The notes under the pieces are model-generated. The model had not been told where the DNA came from, did no database searches, and worked only from the letters and a program-made list of their open reading frames with translations. This document shows, piece after piece, positions 63,261-64,000 of a stretch of DNA of 64,000 nt (the stretch's first letter is position 1; each line of letters opens with the position of its first letter). The position numbers were made by a program, and so were the translations under genes. Origin of the DNA: Nageia nagi (lineage: Eukaryota; Plantae; Pinophyta); NCBI GenBank assembly GCA_050084985.1, contig JBITNC010000001.1, forward strand, positions 176,514,001 to 176,578,000. The letters run 5' to 3'.

Positions 63261-64000
63261 TGTGCAATGATTTCTAGTTCAAGAGTGGGTCCTTCAAAAT
63301 GCAAAAATTTTGGTGTGGTGTTGTGTATGCACAACAAAAGGTTTGCTTGATGATATTTTATTGATCTCCTTTTGAGGGGGTGATCTCTTCTTCCTACACG
63401 GGGTAGAAGATTCAAATGATACATCTTGTCTTATTGGGAAAATCTTTGTCTGTGTAGTCTCTCCTGTCTTCTCTACGTGTCCTATATCCATAATATTGGT
63501 TTCTCGAGAGTTTGTTTTCGAATCATCACCATCTTCATGTTCTCCCTTCGAGGTTCAACTATATCCTGATCAACTGGATGATTTATAAGAGTCGGAGAGT
63601 AAGCTAGATGGTGAATCGTGAGGGGAACTAGGATTCTCAACGGGAATCTCAATTCCAGCTTGGTCTTCAATAGGAATCTCAGTTTCAATTTGGTCTTCCA
63701 TTGGACTTAGGAGATTTGGAATTGTCAAGGTGTGCTCTGCTCTAACAAGAATAGTAGGAACATCTTTTGGGACGACATCTCCTAGCTGCTAGAGGGGAAA
63801 ATCATCATATCTTGTTTCCTTCAATGCCCTTACATCTTTTCTGATTTCTCATACCACAGAGTGAATCATTGGCCCATAACTGCCCAAAATGGCATATTCC
63901 CTAGTACACCATTGTTGCTTCCTTACTCTTGAAGAAGTCAACTTTTCATTGCTAATTACAGGAAGTTTGCTCAGAGTTTGAATTTTCTTGTCGATCCTCC

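Overview
AT-rich eukaryotic plant DNA, gymnosperm/conifer-like by inference from giant TE-filled introns and gypsy LTR types. The whole window appears to lie inside one minus-strand host gene that the ORF track misses: a PROTEIN TARGETING TO STARCH 1 (PTST1)-like coiled-coil/CBM48 gene. Four small GT-AG exons (53016-52927, 40153-40085, 24697-24592, 24417-24329; 354 nt in total) splice in frame across introns of 12.8 kb, 15.4 kb and 174 nt. The transit-peptide and remaining CBM48 exons were not found and probably lie outside the window. The introns hold a full-length decayed Ty3/gypsy chromovirus (8896-15593, TSD CTATT) nested in another LTR, several solo LTRs and gag-only remnants, about 7 hAT elements or remnants (four with 8-bp TSDs), and two L1-type LINE derivatives. 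Most notable observations: (1) arrays of ~46-bp palindromes with variable spacers and compensatory changes in three related long LTR-like elements; (2) an LTR whose U3 and R-U5 halves match two different solo-LTR families, with the switch at the predicted transcription start; (3) an ORF1-only LINE with a 16-bp TSD; (4) a decayed tandem duplicate of a PTST1 exon; (5) a 51-nt inverted pair near the splice sites that bracket an in-frame skippable exon. All calls were made by eye; no searches were run.
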